A DNA stretch of 63,611 bases, counting the filler. It is 8 parts of 8 records of this genome, joined end to end, with 100 filler letters (N's around TTAATTAATTAA, not from the genome) between each part and the next. Parts side by side here need not be neighbours in the genome. Positions count along the whole stretch, not along the records: positions 39,468 to 50,657 come from SRR31156797_3343; positions 50,758 to 57,845 come from SRR31156797_3365; positions 57,946 to 63,611 come from SRR31156797_3390; 5 more parts are not named here. The stretch is one strand, 5' to 3'. How positions within the stretch are numbered: position 1 is the first letter of the stretch; every line of letters starts with the position of its first letter. The notes beneath the pieces were generated by a model. It did no database searches. It was not told the origin of the DNA and saw only the letters and a program-made list of their open reading frames with translations. Of this stretch, positions 49,015-58,658 are shown in pieces. Position numbers and translations under genes: made by a program.

Positions 49015-49245
49015 ATGAGACTTTACTATCACAAAACAGACGGAGGAGCAGAATATCTTTGCTCAAACAATGTTAAAGGAACAGAAGAAGGAAGTTTGAA
49101 ATCTAAATATATTGTTAGAATTGATGGCGATATTGAAGAAGACGCAGAGCTTTTAATCAATGATGAAATTAAGGAAGAAATCCCAATTTTCAAAGGAACT
49201 AAAGAAGCACTTGACAATTTGAGAATAAGATTTTTAAATAAATAA
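49015..49245 (+). CDS. Hypothetical phage protein
   Basis: 76-aa ORF with junction-motif start. Confidence 0.65.
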   Translation: MRLYYHKTDGGAEYLCSNNVKGTEEGSLKSKYIVRIDGDIEEDAELLINDEIKEEIPIFKGTKEALDNLRIRFLNK

Positions 49246-49247
49246 AG

Positions 49248-49679
49248 ATGAACACAAGAGAAAAATTTAAACGACAAATTATAGAATTGGTTGACGGTAC
49301 AGAATATTTTTCGAAGTGTTATCCTTGTAAGGGCACTGGCAGAAATGAACATTGCACAAGTCCAACTGGCAAATGTTACTGGTGCGATGGAAAAGGCAAA
49401 AAAAGAGGTGTTCTCCCAATCACAATAGGAAGAGTTATGCAGGCGTTAGGCAATAGAAGAAATGATATTATAGTTCGGTTTGGTGATGTTAAAAATAATA
49501 AAAATGCATATTTTATATATTCTGGCGAAAAAAGTTTTGTTGCCGATACAAGATATGAAACAACAGAAGCTATAACCAAATGGCAACTAACCAAAGAAAA
49601 CGGAATCGAATGCACAGACGACGACCAAAGCGATGAGACTATAGAAAAACTTTTGAAACTCTTAAATATTAATAAATAA
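49248..49679 (+). CDS. Phage protein with DnaJ-type CxxCxGxG repeats
   Basis: CYPCKGTG and CYWCDGKG. Confidence 0.7.
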   Translation: MNTREKFKRQIIELVDGTEYFSKCYPCKGTGRNEHCTSPTGKCYWCDGKGKKRGVLPITIGRVMQALGNRRNDIIVRFGDVKNNKNAYFIYSGEKSFVADTRYETTEAITKWQLTKENGIECTDDDQSDETIEKLLKLLNINK

Positions 49680-49681
49680 AG

Positions 49682-50077
49682 ATGAGAGAAATAAAATTTA
49701 GAGGAAAATTTAAAGACGGTGAATGGGAATATGGTGGTATTAGGTTTGGAGATATGGGACAAGCATATATATTACCACACGGAGCAAATTCTATTGTTGA
49801 GTTAGTCGATAGGCACACTGTTGGTCAATACACAGGACTAAAAGATAAAAACGGAAAAGAGATTTATGAGGGGGATATAGTTGAATACAAAATAAGATAT
49901 TTTACTGGTTCAGGTAATATTCAGGAATTTAAAAGAATAAATACAGTTGAGTGGGACGAAAAAGAATTTGAATTTAAGGGTATAAGAACAAGTTACAAGG
50001 AAATTTTTGAGGTTAAAGCTGAAATTATAGGAAACATCCACGAAAACCCCGAACTCTTGGAGGATAAAAATGGCTGA
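49682..50077 (+). CDS. YopX family protein
   Basis: MREIKFRG...GQYTGLKDKNGKEIYEGDIV...IGNIHENPELL. Confidence 0.95.
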   Translation: MREIKFRGKFKDGEWEYGGIRFGDMGQAYILPHGANSIVELVDRHTVGQYTGLKDKNGKEIYEGDIVEYKIRYFTGSGNIQEFKRINTVEWDEKEFEFKGIRTSYKEIFEVKAEIIGNIHENPELLEDKNG

Positions 50078-50309
50078 AAGATTTAGTTTATTAAAACATT
50101 ATCGGGAAGAAGAAGAGAAAAGAAGAGCCGAGAGAAAAAAGAATTTTGAGCAGTTCCTAAAAGATAATCCCGAAAAAGAAAGAATGATTAATCAACTGCT
50201 TCAAGACTTAGCTGATGAGATAGCCAAAGAACCGCCTACAACAATCGAATGGCTAAGAGGAGTTATGAACGCTAAACAAGCGGAAAGGGAAAAAGCAAGG
50301 GGGATATAA
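50070..50309 (+). CDS. Hypothetical phage protein
   Basis: 79-aa ORF overlapping the yopX stop, GGAGG upstream. Confidence 0.6.
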   Translation: MAERFSLLKHYREEEEKRRAERKKNFEQFLKDNPEKERMINQLLQDLADEIAKEPPTTIEWLRGVMNAKQAEREKARGI

Positions 50310-50889
50310 TTTGTAAAATAATATGATAATTCCGAAAAACATTTTGAAAATTTTGGAGAAGTGTAATTCTTATTGGATATTCAGAGCCAAGACTGATTTA
50401 AGCAATGGGCTGGCTTCTGCTTATTGGATGGAGTACCGAGTGAGGAAGTTTGGGCATTGTTGAAGGGCTGGCTGCGGGAGGGAGGACCGCACAGCCGCCT
50501 TGTCGGGCTAGTCTCGCTTGAGCTATTTGGGGCTCCACTCAACTAACCACTCCAAGGCGGCTTCCGTTTACCCACAACTTTTACACAGGTGAGTACACCT
50601 ATGCAAAAGCTATGGATAAACCTTTTGACAGTACTGACGCACGAGTATGAAGATCCGNNNNNNNNNNNNNNNNNNNNNNNNNNNNNNNNNNNNNNNNNNN
50701 NTTAATTAATTAANNNNNNNNNNNNNNNNNNNNNNNNNNNNNNNNNNNNNNNNNNNNCTTCGTAGCTCGAAGAGCGAAGTAGGGTTCGATATTCATTATT
50801 CAAATGGATCTATTTATAAAGAATTTCTTACATAATAAAAAAACCACCTCTCAATGAAAGGTGGTTTAATTATGGAAAATATCTAAATA

Positions 50890-51495
50890 TTACTGATTCA
50901 TTGCCTTTTCAATCTGAAGGCCTTTAGAAAGATAATAGTTTACGCCGATGTATGCGCCACCGCCGTAATTCATTACACCGGTTTGAATTTCCATATAGAG
51001 CTCCAAATGGCTTGCTATGTCGATCTGTGTTCCATAGTAAAGACCTAGAGGAATATCAATATAAGCACCGGTCCATGTGTTGGTGCCAAATGTAAAACCA
51101 CCAATAACGCCACCGTAAAAATCTACATCTTGAGTGAAGTTATAGGACATGTTCCAGGAAGCCAAAGGTTTGATCTCTAAGTTACCCGGACGAAATTCAA
51201 GTTCACCACCATATCCGAAGCCCATGTCGATGCCGTTCCACTCTAGAATGCAATGGCGTACAAATCCTTGAACACGTGTGATCCTTAATCCGTATGAGGC
51301 TTTAACATGCAAGTTGGTTCCTTTAAGGCCTTGTGTATATTCAAGATTCCAGGTACCAAAACCAATAGCCATAACTCCACCGGAAAGTGTAGATGCTTTC
51401 TGTGGGATCAAGGTTGCATTGTGATTGACTGAGAATTCTGCGAATGCTGAAGTTGATACGAGAAGAGTCAGAATAACAATAAGTGCTTTTTTCAT
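50890..51495 (-). CDS. Putative outer-membrane beta-barrel protein
   Basis: Signal peptide, alternating beta strands, YIGVNYYL; terminator-like hairpin at 50838-50868. Confidence 0.65.
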   Translation of the reverse strand: MKKALIVILTLLVSTSAFAEFSVNHNATLIPQKASTLSGGVMAIGFGTWNLEYTQGLKGTNLHVKASYGLRITRVQGFVRHCILEWNGIDMGFGYGGELEFRPGNLEIKPLASWNMSYNFTQDVDFYGGVIGGFTFGTNTWTGAYIDIPLGLYYGTQIDIASHLELYMEIQTGVMNYGGGAYIGVNYYLSKGLQIEKAMNQ

Positions 51496-51789
51496 TTTTA
51501 ATCTCCTTTTGAATTGTGTGTGTCGAATTTAAGATGGAATTTTAATAAAATATTAAGTAGAAACAAAACAAGAATTACCATATTGTTATAAAAAAATATA
51601 AGCTAATATTTGACATAAATAAAAAGACCGTACAAGGAAACACAACTATAACTATATGATAATAAGACGATAATAAAATAAACGTGATTGTGTTGACAAA
51701 TAGATACGTGAATTAATTAAAAAAATCAATAATAATTAATTAAAAAAAAGGCGCCGTTACAGCGCCTTCAATTTATCATTTAATAAGGA

Positions 51790-53016
51790 TCAGTATAAAA
51801 GGTATTCTCCCCTGATCTCTACAAATTTTGCCAGCTCTTTTTCATAGCTTTTTATTATTTCATCTGCAGGTTTATTGGCTTCGTACATTTCAAAAGCATT
51901 TGTATTACCCCAGAGCTTATGCATCCAACGCGGACGTGTAATAACGAATTTGTCTGGATAAAGGTCCTTTAGAACGTCGATCAGGTGTACACCGAATTCC
52001 AATGCCATAAAATTAATGGGATCTGTTACAGTAAGGGCAATACCTTCACAGGGGACATTATTATACTTCGGTTTGTATTTTGTATCCGGCGGGCAGGTGG
52101 GAGTAAATGCAATAGCCTCGATCTCAATACCGGGGATATTTCTTTTTATTATTTCTGCGGCCAATTCTTCACCATCGACATAAGGTGCGCCGACCCATTC
52201 AAATGGTGCTGCGGTGCCTCTTCCTTCAGAGAAATTAGTTGCTTCGAATAAACAGGTACCCGGGTAAACAAGAGCTTCATTTACATTGCGAATGTTAGGG
52301 GAGGGATTGATCCAGTCCATTTTTGTTGCTGAATATGGTTTGTCGGAATTCCATCCTTTGCATTTAACGATCTCAAGTTCAAGCTTATCAGCATGTGGGA
52401 TCCAGGCATTGTCTTTAAGCATCATAGCCAATTCACCGACTGTTAATCCATGTCGCAAGGGAATGGGATATCTGCCAACACCCGAATAATATTCTTGCTG
52501 CATGATCGCACCTTCAGCTATACGACCGATCGGGTTGGGACGATCAAAGATGTAGACAGGAATATTGTTTTCTGCACCTGCTTCCATAGCATATCCCATG
52601 GTGGAAATATAGGTATAAAAACGTGCTCCGATATCCTGGATATCAAAGATCAAAACGTCAACATCTTTAAGCATTTCCGGAGTAGGTTTCCGGGTTCTCC
52701 CATATAAACTGTAAACGGGTGCTCCGGTTTTGGTATCAACATTATCTTCAACAAGCTCTCCTGCTTCTTCAATACCTCTAAAACCATGTTCCGGACCGAA
52801 AATAGCTTGAACTTTAATGCCTGAATCGTGGATCAGGTCTACAATATGCTCACCATTTCCATTTTTTGCAGTGTGATTGGTAACGATCCCCACATTTTTA
52901 CCCTCGAGCATGGGGAATCCATCTTTTGCTGCAAGATCAAGGCCGCTTTTTGCAGAACAGCCAAGAAAAAGAGATAATAAAATGAACATAACTGTCATTG
53001 TTTTAATTTTTTTCAT
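51790..53016 (-). CDS. namZ: Exo-beta-N-acetylmuramidase NamZ (DUF1343/YbbC)
   Basis: TNHT, PEHGFRG, SLYG, DIQDIGARFYTY, DRPNP, EGRGT. Confidence 0.93.
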   Translation of the reverse strand: MKKIKTMTVMFILLSLFLGCSAKSGLDLAAKDGFPMLEGKNVGIVTNHTAKNGNGEHIVDLIHDSGIKVQAIFGPEHGFRGIEEAGELVEDNVDTKTGAPVYSLYGRTRKPTPEMLKDVDVLIFDIQDIGARFYTYISTMGYAMEAGAENNIPVYIFDRPNPIGRIAEGAIMQQEYYSGVGRYPIPLRHGLTVGELAMMLKDNAWIPHADKLELEIVKCKGWNSDKPYSATKMDWINPSPNIRNVNEALVYPGTCLFEATNFSEGRGTAAPFEWVGAPYVDGEELAAEIIKRNIPGIEIEAIAFTPTCPPDTKYKPKYNNVPCEGIALTVTDPINFMALEFGVHLIDVLKDLYPDKFVITRPRWMHKLWGNTNAFEMYEANKPADEIIKSYEKELAKFVEIRGEYLLY

Positions 53017-53031
53017 GTCATCCTCAAATAA

Positions 53032-53910
53032 TTATTTTTTCTTAAAAATTTTATTTACAAATCTTCCAACAGATACGGAAGATGATATCAATCCTATTCC
53101 AATACCGAAACTGATGGTGATGATCCATAGCAGTTTGTAAGTTCCGGAGTTTATTTCAACCAGTTGGAATGATCCCTCAATGAATTTATGTGCCATGATC
53201 AAGCAAACAGCAGAGAACATACCACCTATAAAGCCCTCAATAGCACCTTCCAGAATAAACGGTAGGCGTATCAGCAAATTGCCTGCTCCCAATACTTTCA
53301 TGATATCGATCTGTCTACGTTTTGCATAGACTGAGAGTTTGATCGTATTGCGGACCAGAAGGTTCATGGCAAAAACCAGGACGATCAGAACAAAAAGTCC
53401 GCCGATCGCCACCGCTTCGGTCACATCTTCCAGTTTTTCGATCAAGGCATGACGATAATGAACTTCATCAACGCCATTCATATCTTCTACTTGTGTTTTG
53501 AACAGTGACAGGTATTCCTGATGATTGAATTCTTTTCTTAAGCGTACCTCAAAAGAGACAGGCAGAGGGTTTTCATCAAGAATATCCATGATATTCTCTC
53601 CGAATTCCTCTTCAAATATTACAGCTGCGGTTTCTTTTGAAACGTACCTGAATTTTTCTATCGTATTGAAATCTTCAAGTTCAGCCTGAATTTCTTTTAT
53701 TCTGGAATCCGATGTACCGGGATCAAGGTAAACCTCAATGACCATATTGCTTTTCAGATCCCTTAATTGGTCATAAAGCACAAAAGATACTTCAAAAAGG
53801 GCAACAAGAATGGTCAAGGCGATACAGATCGTCATAATGGTGGCGACAACGGGTGTCCGTTCACGCCAAAGATTCGAAAATGTCTGCCTGAGTACAAAAA
53901 TGAATTTCAT
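53032..53910 (-). CDS. ftsX: Cell division permease FtsX
   Basis: ENPLP, NTIKL...RRQI.IM..LGA....I..PFILEG. Confidence 0.92.
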   Translation of the reverse strand: MKFIFVLRQTFSNLWRERTPVVATIMTICIALTILVALFEVSFVLYDQLRDLKSNMVIEVYLDPGTSDSRIKEIQAELEDFNTIEKFRYVSKETAAVIFEEEFGENIMDILDENPLPVSFEVRLRKEFNHQEYLSLFKTQVEDMNGVDEVHYRHALIEKLEDVTEAVAIGGLFVLIVLVFAMNLLVRNTIKLSVYAKRRQIDIMKVLGAGNLLIRLPFILEGAIEGFIGGMFSAVCLIMAHKFIEGSFQLVEINSGTYKLLWIITISFGIGIGLISSSVSVGRFVNKIFKKK

Positions 53911-54617
53911 TCGCTGTCAGCCAGTATCGTTATGCGTTTATTGGGAATGGTGATGGTCCTTTGACCGGGCAGAACTTCACCGTTTTCCATATAAATGCGC
54001 TTGTAGGGCGTCTTTTTTATCAACTCATAATCGTGGGTAGCCATAATGACCGATGTGCCGTTAGAATTGATCCTTTCAAGCAAGGACAGAACATTCTTGG
54101 ATGCTTCCCTGTCCAAATTACCGGTAGGTTCATCGGCAATGATCACAAAGGGGTTCTTTGCCATAGCTCGTGCAATGGCCACACGCTGTTTTTCACCTAA
54201 ACTCAGCGTATTTGCACGTTGATCCATGCTTTGAAGCATGTTGACCTCATCAAGCAGTACGTGAACCAATTTTTTTATGTATTTACGTGTGTATCCTTCG
54301 ATCACCAGAGGTAGTGCAACATTGTCATAAACGCTCATGTTGTCGATCAGCTTAAAATCCTGGAATACAACACCGATCTTACGCCTGAGCTGGTTTATCT
54401 GATGGGGTGTAATTCGCTGGGATGTCCATTTATCAACGATCACTTCTCCCGAGGAGGGGAGAATATCCATATAGATCAATCTTAATAGAGTGGATTTTCC
54501 GGAACCTGTCGGTCCAAGAATAAGGGTGAATTCACCGTCTTGCAATTGAAGATTGATATCTTTCAATGCACCGGGGACGAAACTGTAATTAACGTTTACT
54601 TCTTTAAATTGGATCAT
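53907..54617 (-). CDS. ftsE: Cell division ATP-binding protein FtsE
   Basis: GPTGSGKST, RRKIGVVFQDFKL, ADEPTGNLD, ATHD; upstream of ftsX. Confidence 0.93.
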   Translation of the reverse strand: MIQFKEVNVNYSFVPGALKDINLQLQDGEFTLILGPTGSGKSTLLRLIYMDILPSSGEVIVDKWTSQRITPHQINQLRRKIGVVFQDFKLIDNMSVYDNVALPLVIEGYTRKYIKKLVHVLLDEVNMLQSMDQRANTLSLGEKQRVAIARAMAKNPFVIIADEPTGNLDREASKNVLSLLERINSNGTSVIMATHDYELIKKTPYKRIYMENGEVLPGQRTITIPNKRITILADSE

Positions 54618-55339
54618 CGCATTATGACTAGTAATCTATTTGAGGCTTTATGAGCTTTCTCAAACGTAAACTCTTCAAGAAATATAAAGGTTCTGGAGGG
54701 AAATTCCACAGACAAATTTTTAATTTCTTGATAGTCATAAATGTACTGGATGTGCTGCTCGTGAAATGAACGGCCGTCGGGGTGGTAAATATATAGATCC
54801 GTAATGGAACGATTTTTCTTTTTATCGTAGCGGTTCTTTCTTTTAAAAGATATCCCGGCTTTATTTGTATCCTCGTATGAGGTGTCGTCAAAATAGTTCA
54901 ACATAACGCCCGGTAAGGCAAAATCAAAAAGATAGACCTGGCCTTTTTTCAGGTGCTTATCCATATATTGCAAATGATCTTTGATTGCATTAAGGTCAGA
55001 AATATAATTTAATGCGTCATGTATGTTCAGGTAGAGATCAACGTTCTTAACCGGGGGATGAAGCATATTTCCAACACTCATCTCCAATTCCGGGTAAGTT
55101 CTATTGCCTTCATCTATCATTTGCTCGGAAATATCAATGCCGAATTTTTCTGCAGCAGGAAAAAGATGAAGAAATGTACCGGTACCTGCTGACAGATCAT
55201 AGACGGAGGATGTTTTGAAATCGAATTCTTCAGACAGGTCAAGAATATATTGGCACCAGCCCGGGTAATCCACTTCTTCCATCAGGCGGTTGTAGATCAA
55301 TGATGATTCGGTGTAGGGAGGAACAGGTTTGTAATTCAT
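54614..55339 (-). CDS. Class I SAM-dependent methyltransferase
   Basis: DLSAGTG, GIDISEQM, DALNY. Confidence 0.85.
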   Translation of the reverse strand: MNYKPVPPYTESSLIYNRLMEEVDYPGWCQYILDLSEEFDFKTSSVYDLSAGTGTFLHLFPAAEKFGIDISEQMIDEGNRTYPELEMSVGNMLHPPVKNVDLYLNIHDALNYISDLNAIKDHLQYMDKHLKKGQVYLFDFALPGVMLNYFDDTSYEDTNKAGISFKRKNRYDKKKNRSITDLYIYHPDGRSFHEQHIQYIYDYQEIKNLSVEFPSRTFIFLEEFTFEKAHKASNRLLVIMR

Positions 55340-55342
55340 ATT

Positions 55343-56278
55343 TTAACGCCAGATGTATGAAACCGCAATGAATAGGATATATAAGCTAAGAAAAGCAAAA
55401 GCATGCGGACGTTTGATCCCTTTGCTGACAAAGATGATCGGGAAGAGCAACAGGGTGAACAGCATCATGAAGGGAACTTCAAAATTATATATTGCTGTGT
55501 TGATCTGAAGACCGCGAACCGTTGCTGCACCACCTCCGACAAAGAACATATTGAACAAATTGGAACCGATAACGTTTCCAATGGAGATATCCGATTCATG
55601 TTTTACCTGTGCCATAATGCTGGCAGCCAGTTCGGGAAGAGAAGTTCCCAGGGCCACGATGGTCATTCCGATAACCATTTGTGAGATACCGAAATGTTCT
55701 GCAATATTGGTTGCGCCTTCAATGATCCCGCGGGATGCAAAGACTAGTCCGATGATCCCACCTACCGTGTATAGAATATTCCTTACCATGGAGCTATCTT
55801 TTTTAGGCAGGTCTTCTTTTACTTCATCTTCGCGTGATGAACGTATCAGGTATACAACATAGCCGACAATGATCGCAATGAACAGCCAGCCTTCCCAGCG
55901 TGATATTCCGTCGTAAGCCATGATGCAAAAGAATAGTGATCCGAAGAGCAAGATAAGCAATTGTTGCCGGATATGATGATATCTCAGCATAATGGGAGCG
56001 ATCAATCCGGCTGCACCGAGTATGAGTCCGATATTCGCAATATTTGAACCAATAATATTTCCGACAGAAATGTCCGAAGCACCTTGCAGAACGCCAAACA
56101 TCGATACAGTGAATTCCGGCATGGATGTTCCGAAGGCAACAATGGTCAAACCGACAATAAGTGGCTTTACACCAAGGATCCTGGCAATATTGGCAGAACC
56201 TTTTACCAGAAAAGCCGCACCGTAGTAGAGGAGGAATATTCCGCCGATGAGGATGAGGATACTAAGGGTCAGTGACAT
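55343..56278 (-). CDS. Calcium/sodium antiporter (YrbG family)
   Basis: Duplicated GTS(M/L)PE...GN(I/V)IGSN motifs. Confidence 0.93.
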   Translation of the reverse strand: MSLTLSILILIGGIFLLYYGAAFLVKGSANIARILGVKPLIVGLTIVAFGTSMPEFTVSMFGVLQGASDISVGNIIGSNIANIGLILGAAGLIAPIMLRYHHIRQQLLILLFGSLFFCIMAYDGISRWEGWLFIAIIVGYVVYLIRSSREDEVKEDLPKKDSSMVRNILYTVGGIIGLVFASRGIIEGATNIAEHFGISQMVIGMTIVALGTSLPELAASIMAQVKHESDISIGNVIGSNLFNMFFVGGGAATVRGLQINTAIYNFEVPFMMLFTLLLFPIIFVSKGIKRPHAFAFLSLYILFIAVSYIWR

Positions 56279-56281
56279 GCG

Positions 56282-56869
56282 TTACCTGTACAGTTTGTTA
56301 GCCGAAATATAATCATTTATTTCATTAGGAACATAGGATAATATTGAACGACCGTCTTTGATGGCTTTACGAATATCCGTAGAGGATACTTCTACGATAT
56401 CTGTATCAAGTACGTGTATTTGAGAAATAAAAGGGTGTCCCATTATTAAATTCTTAACATTTATTCCTGTTCTGGGAAGGACAATAAAATCACAATAAGT
56501 GAAATGTTCGGGATAACCTTTCCATCTGTCAAGAGTTTCAAGATGGTCATCGCCAATGATCCAGAAGAGTCTGTGCCCGGGGTATAATTCATGGAAAGCC
56601 TTTAAGGTTTCCAAGGTATATGAGAGTCCTTTTCTTTCCAGTTCCATGGTGGAAACATGAGCATTGGGAATATGTTTAGCAGCAAGCCCAAGCATGTTCA
56701 GCCGATGCTCGTCCGATACGTGTTTTGTTTCACCTTTGAAAGGAGAATAAAAGGTAGGGATAAAGTAAAAAGAATCAGGTTTGAACGTATCGTTGATACC
56801 TTCGGCAAAATGAATATGTCCCTTATGAACGGGATCAAATGCCCCGCCATACAGGCAAAGTTTCATCAT
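56282..56869 (-). CDS. nadD: Nicotinate-nucleotide adenylyltransferase
   Basis: GGAFDPVHKGH, SYT, IIGDD, SSTDIR. Confidence 0.93.
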   Translation of the reverse strand: MMKLCLYGGAFDPVHKGHIHFAEGINDTFKPDSFYFIPTFYSPFKGETKHVSDEHRLNMLGLAAKHIPNAHVSTMELERKGLSYTLETLKAFHELYPGHRLFWIIGDDHLETLDRWKGYPEHFTYCDFIVLPRTGINVKNLIMGHPFISQIHVLDTDIVEVSSTDIRKAIKDGRSILSYVPNEINDYISANKLYR

Positions 56870-57642
56870 TCAGGCCAATCCGTTGATAACTTTAGTAAAT
56901 TATTGTATTTTAATGAATTACGTGTAGATAACTGAGATGCTTTCACTTTACTGAGCATCTGGATCATTTCTTGACGTTGTTCCAGTTTGGCATGGCAGGC
57001 GGCCATTTGTAAATGAGTATCGTTTACAAGCTCAGTGTCATAATAGGTATCCAGAACTTCCTGAAAGGTGATGATCGCCGCATCCCATTCGCGCAGGATC
57101 ATGTATAGTTCTCCTGCTTCATAAACTTTTTTAGCCAATCCTGTCCTGAGTTCTTTGATCCGGCCTTCTGCAGCAGGTCTTTGTTCGCTAAAAGGATATT
57201 CGTCAATGAAATTCTGATAGGAACGTATCGCCATCAGGATGTATTGCTGATCCCTTTGATAACCCGGACTTTGATTATAATAGCATTCCGCTATCTTAAA
57301 ACGTGTTTCTTCGTAAAGATCGCTTTTGGGCCAGCGCCTAAGCAATTGCTGGTATTCTTCAATAGCTACGAGATACTCTTTCATTTCAAAGTGAGAAGAA
57401 GCTTGATAGAATTGGGCGTCGTCAGCAATATCTGATCCCGGTGCGTTGAAAACGACAAATGCGAAATCTTCCAGGCCTTTATAATATTTTTTTTCTTCAA
57501 AGAATTTAACGCCATTTTCAAAGCGTTCAATATAGGTCAGTTCGCGTTTTGGCTCTTTTGAAGCTGCTTCTTTGGATCCGGAACATCCGGAAAGTAAAAG
57601 TACAAGTACCAATAAAATGCTTAATAATTCGTTTCGTTTCAT
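56866..57642 (-). CDS. bamD: Outer membrane assembly lipoprotein BamD
   Basis: LSGC lipobox, TPRs, RDQ...AI..YQ.FI..YP.S. Confidence 0.88.
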   Translation of the reverse strand: MKRNELLSILLVLVLLLSGCSGSKEAASKEPKRELTYIERFENGVKFFEEKKYYKGLEDFAFVVFNAPGSDIADDAQFYQASSHFEMKEYLVAIEEYQQLLRRWPKSDLYEETRFKIAECYYNQSPGYQRDQQYILMAIRSYQNFIDEYPFSEQRPAAEGRIKELRTGLAKKVYEAGELYMILREWDAAIITFQEVLDTYYDTELVNDTHLQMAACHAKLEQRQEMIQMLSKVKASQLSTRNSLKYNNLLKLSTDWPE

Positions 57643-57655
57643 AATATCCCGTCGT

Positions 57656-57845
57656 TTAAAAACTTACGTTGATCCCCGTTTGAAATCCAACCGCGCCCGA
57701 CTGCCGGATGAGCGGTGCAGTATGTAATGTAAGTAAAATATCCTGATTTTCATTGTGTTTCTTTAAGCGAAAACCGGCGTCTATCGCAGAAATGAAATGA
57801 TTTAAAAAGATTGCTGTTCCGCAATATGTTGCATAATCCAATAAT
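57656..57845 (-). CDS. C-terminal fragment of a membrane/outer-membrane protein
   Basis: LNHFISAIDA...INVSF C-terminus; truncated by the contig edge. Confidence 0.55.
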
Positions 57846-58221
57846 NNNNNNNNNNNNNNNNNNNNNNNNNNNNNNNNNNNNNNNNNNNNTTAATTAATTA
57901 ANNNNNNNNNNNNNNNNNNNNNNNNNNNNNNNNNNNNNNNNNNNNTTTTTAAGTCAAATTGATTCGTTTTGACTTTGAGCTATAAAAAATTCTATATTTT
58001 TTAATTTCAATCTAATAAACTCAATATTTTTGATAATATACTTAAATTCTAACAAAGAAATTTCACTAAAGCAAAGAATTTGAAGTAAATATTGAGTAAA
58101 ATATTGATTTTTAGCCGAACTTCGTATACAATGTGTACTGAGTTTTCCTTTTATTATTGATAAAAGAGCTTTACATAATAGTCAAAAAATTAAAATATAG
58201 AATTTTGAAAGGAGTCATTCA

Positions 58222-58572
58222 ATGAAAACTTTACCTAATTGTCCTGAGTGTAACTCAGAATATACGTACGAAGATGGAAGTTTATTCGTTTGTCCTATGT
58301 GTTCTCACGAATGGACAGCACAGTCAATGAAAGATGCTGCTGAAGCAAATATTATCAGAGATATTAACGGAAATGAATTAAAAGATGGAGATTCTGTTTC
58401 TGTTATTAGAGATTTGAGAATAAACGGTAGTGCAACAAATGTTGTAAAAGTCGGTACAAAAGCTAAAAATATCAGATTAATGCATGACGCACCTGATGAT
58501 CATGATATTAGTTGTAAAATTGATGGTTTTGGTGCTATGAAACTAAAATCTTCGGTAGTTAAGAAAATTTAA
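58222..58572 (+). CDS. PhnA/YjdM zinc-ribbon protein
   Basis: CPECNSEYTYEDG...CPMC.HEW, D.NG..L.DGD.V, LKS..VKK. Confidence 0.93.
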   Translation: MKTLPNCPECNSEYTYEDGSLFVCPMCSHEWTAQSMKDAAEANIIRDINGNELKDGDSVSVIRDLRINGSATNVVKVGTKAKNIRLMHDAPDDHDISCKIDGFGAMKLKSSVVKKI

Positions 58573-58599
58573 CTTATAACTCAAATTAGTAAACCATAT

Positions 58600-58638
58600 A
58601 AAAAGTACTCCTCTTTGTGATTAAGAGGAGTACTTTTT
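58600..58638. terminator. Bidirectional intrinsic terminator
   Basis: AAAAGTACTCCTCTT/AAGAGGAGTACTTTT between convergent genes. Confidence 0.85.
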
Positions 58639-58658
58639 ATTTATTATTTCGCTATAAG

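Larger units (their letters stand above)
39468..50657 (+). mobile_element. Phage genome fragment (accessory/recombination region)
   Basis: Co-oriented short ORFs; NinB-like, Hjc-like, HNH-like and YopX genes; AT-rich, mostly without SD sequences. Confidence 0.9.

Noticed and set aside
42291-49684. CRISPR array built from the recurring AT-rich junction motif
   Set aside because: The spacing is gene-sized and irregular, the repeats are short and degenerate, and there are no cas genes.
39468-50657. Stop-codon reassignment in the phage
   Set aside because: Recognisable proteins (NinB-like, Hjc-like, YopX, PD-(D/E)XK) are full length under code 11, and the gaps are explained by short ORFs and structured RNA.
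50758-50790. REP-like palindrome CTTCGTAGCTCGAAGAGCGAAG
   Set aside because: A single truncated copy at a contig edge cannot be shown to be a repeat.
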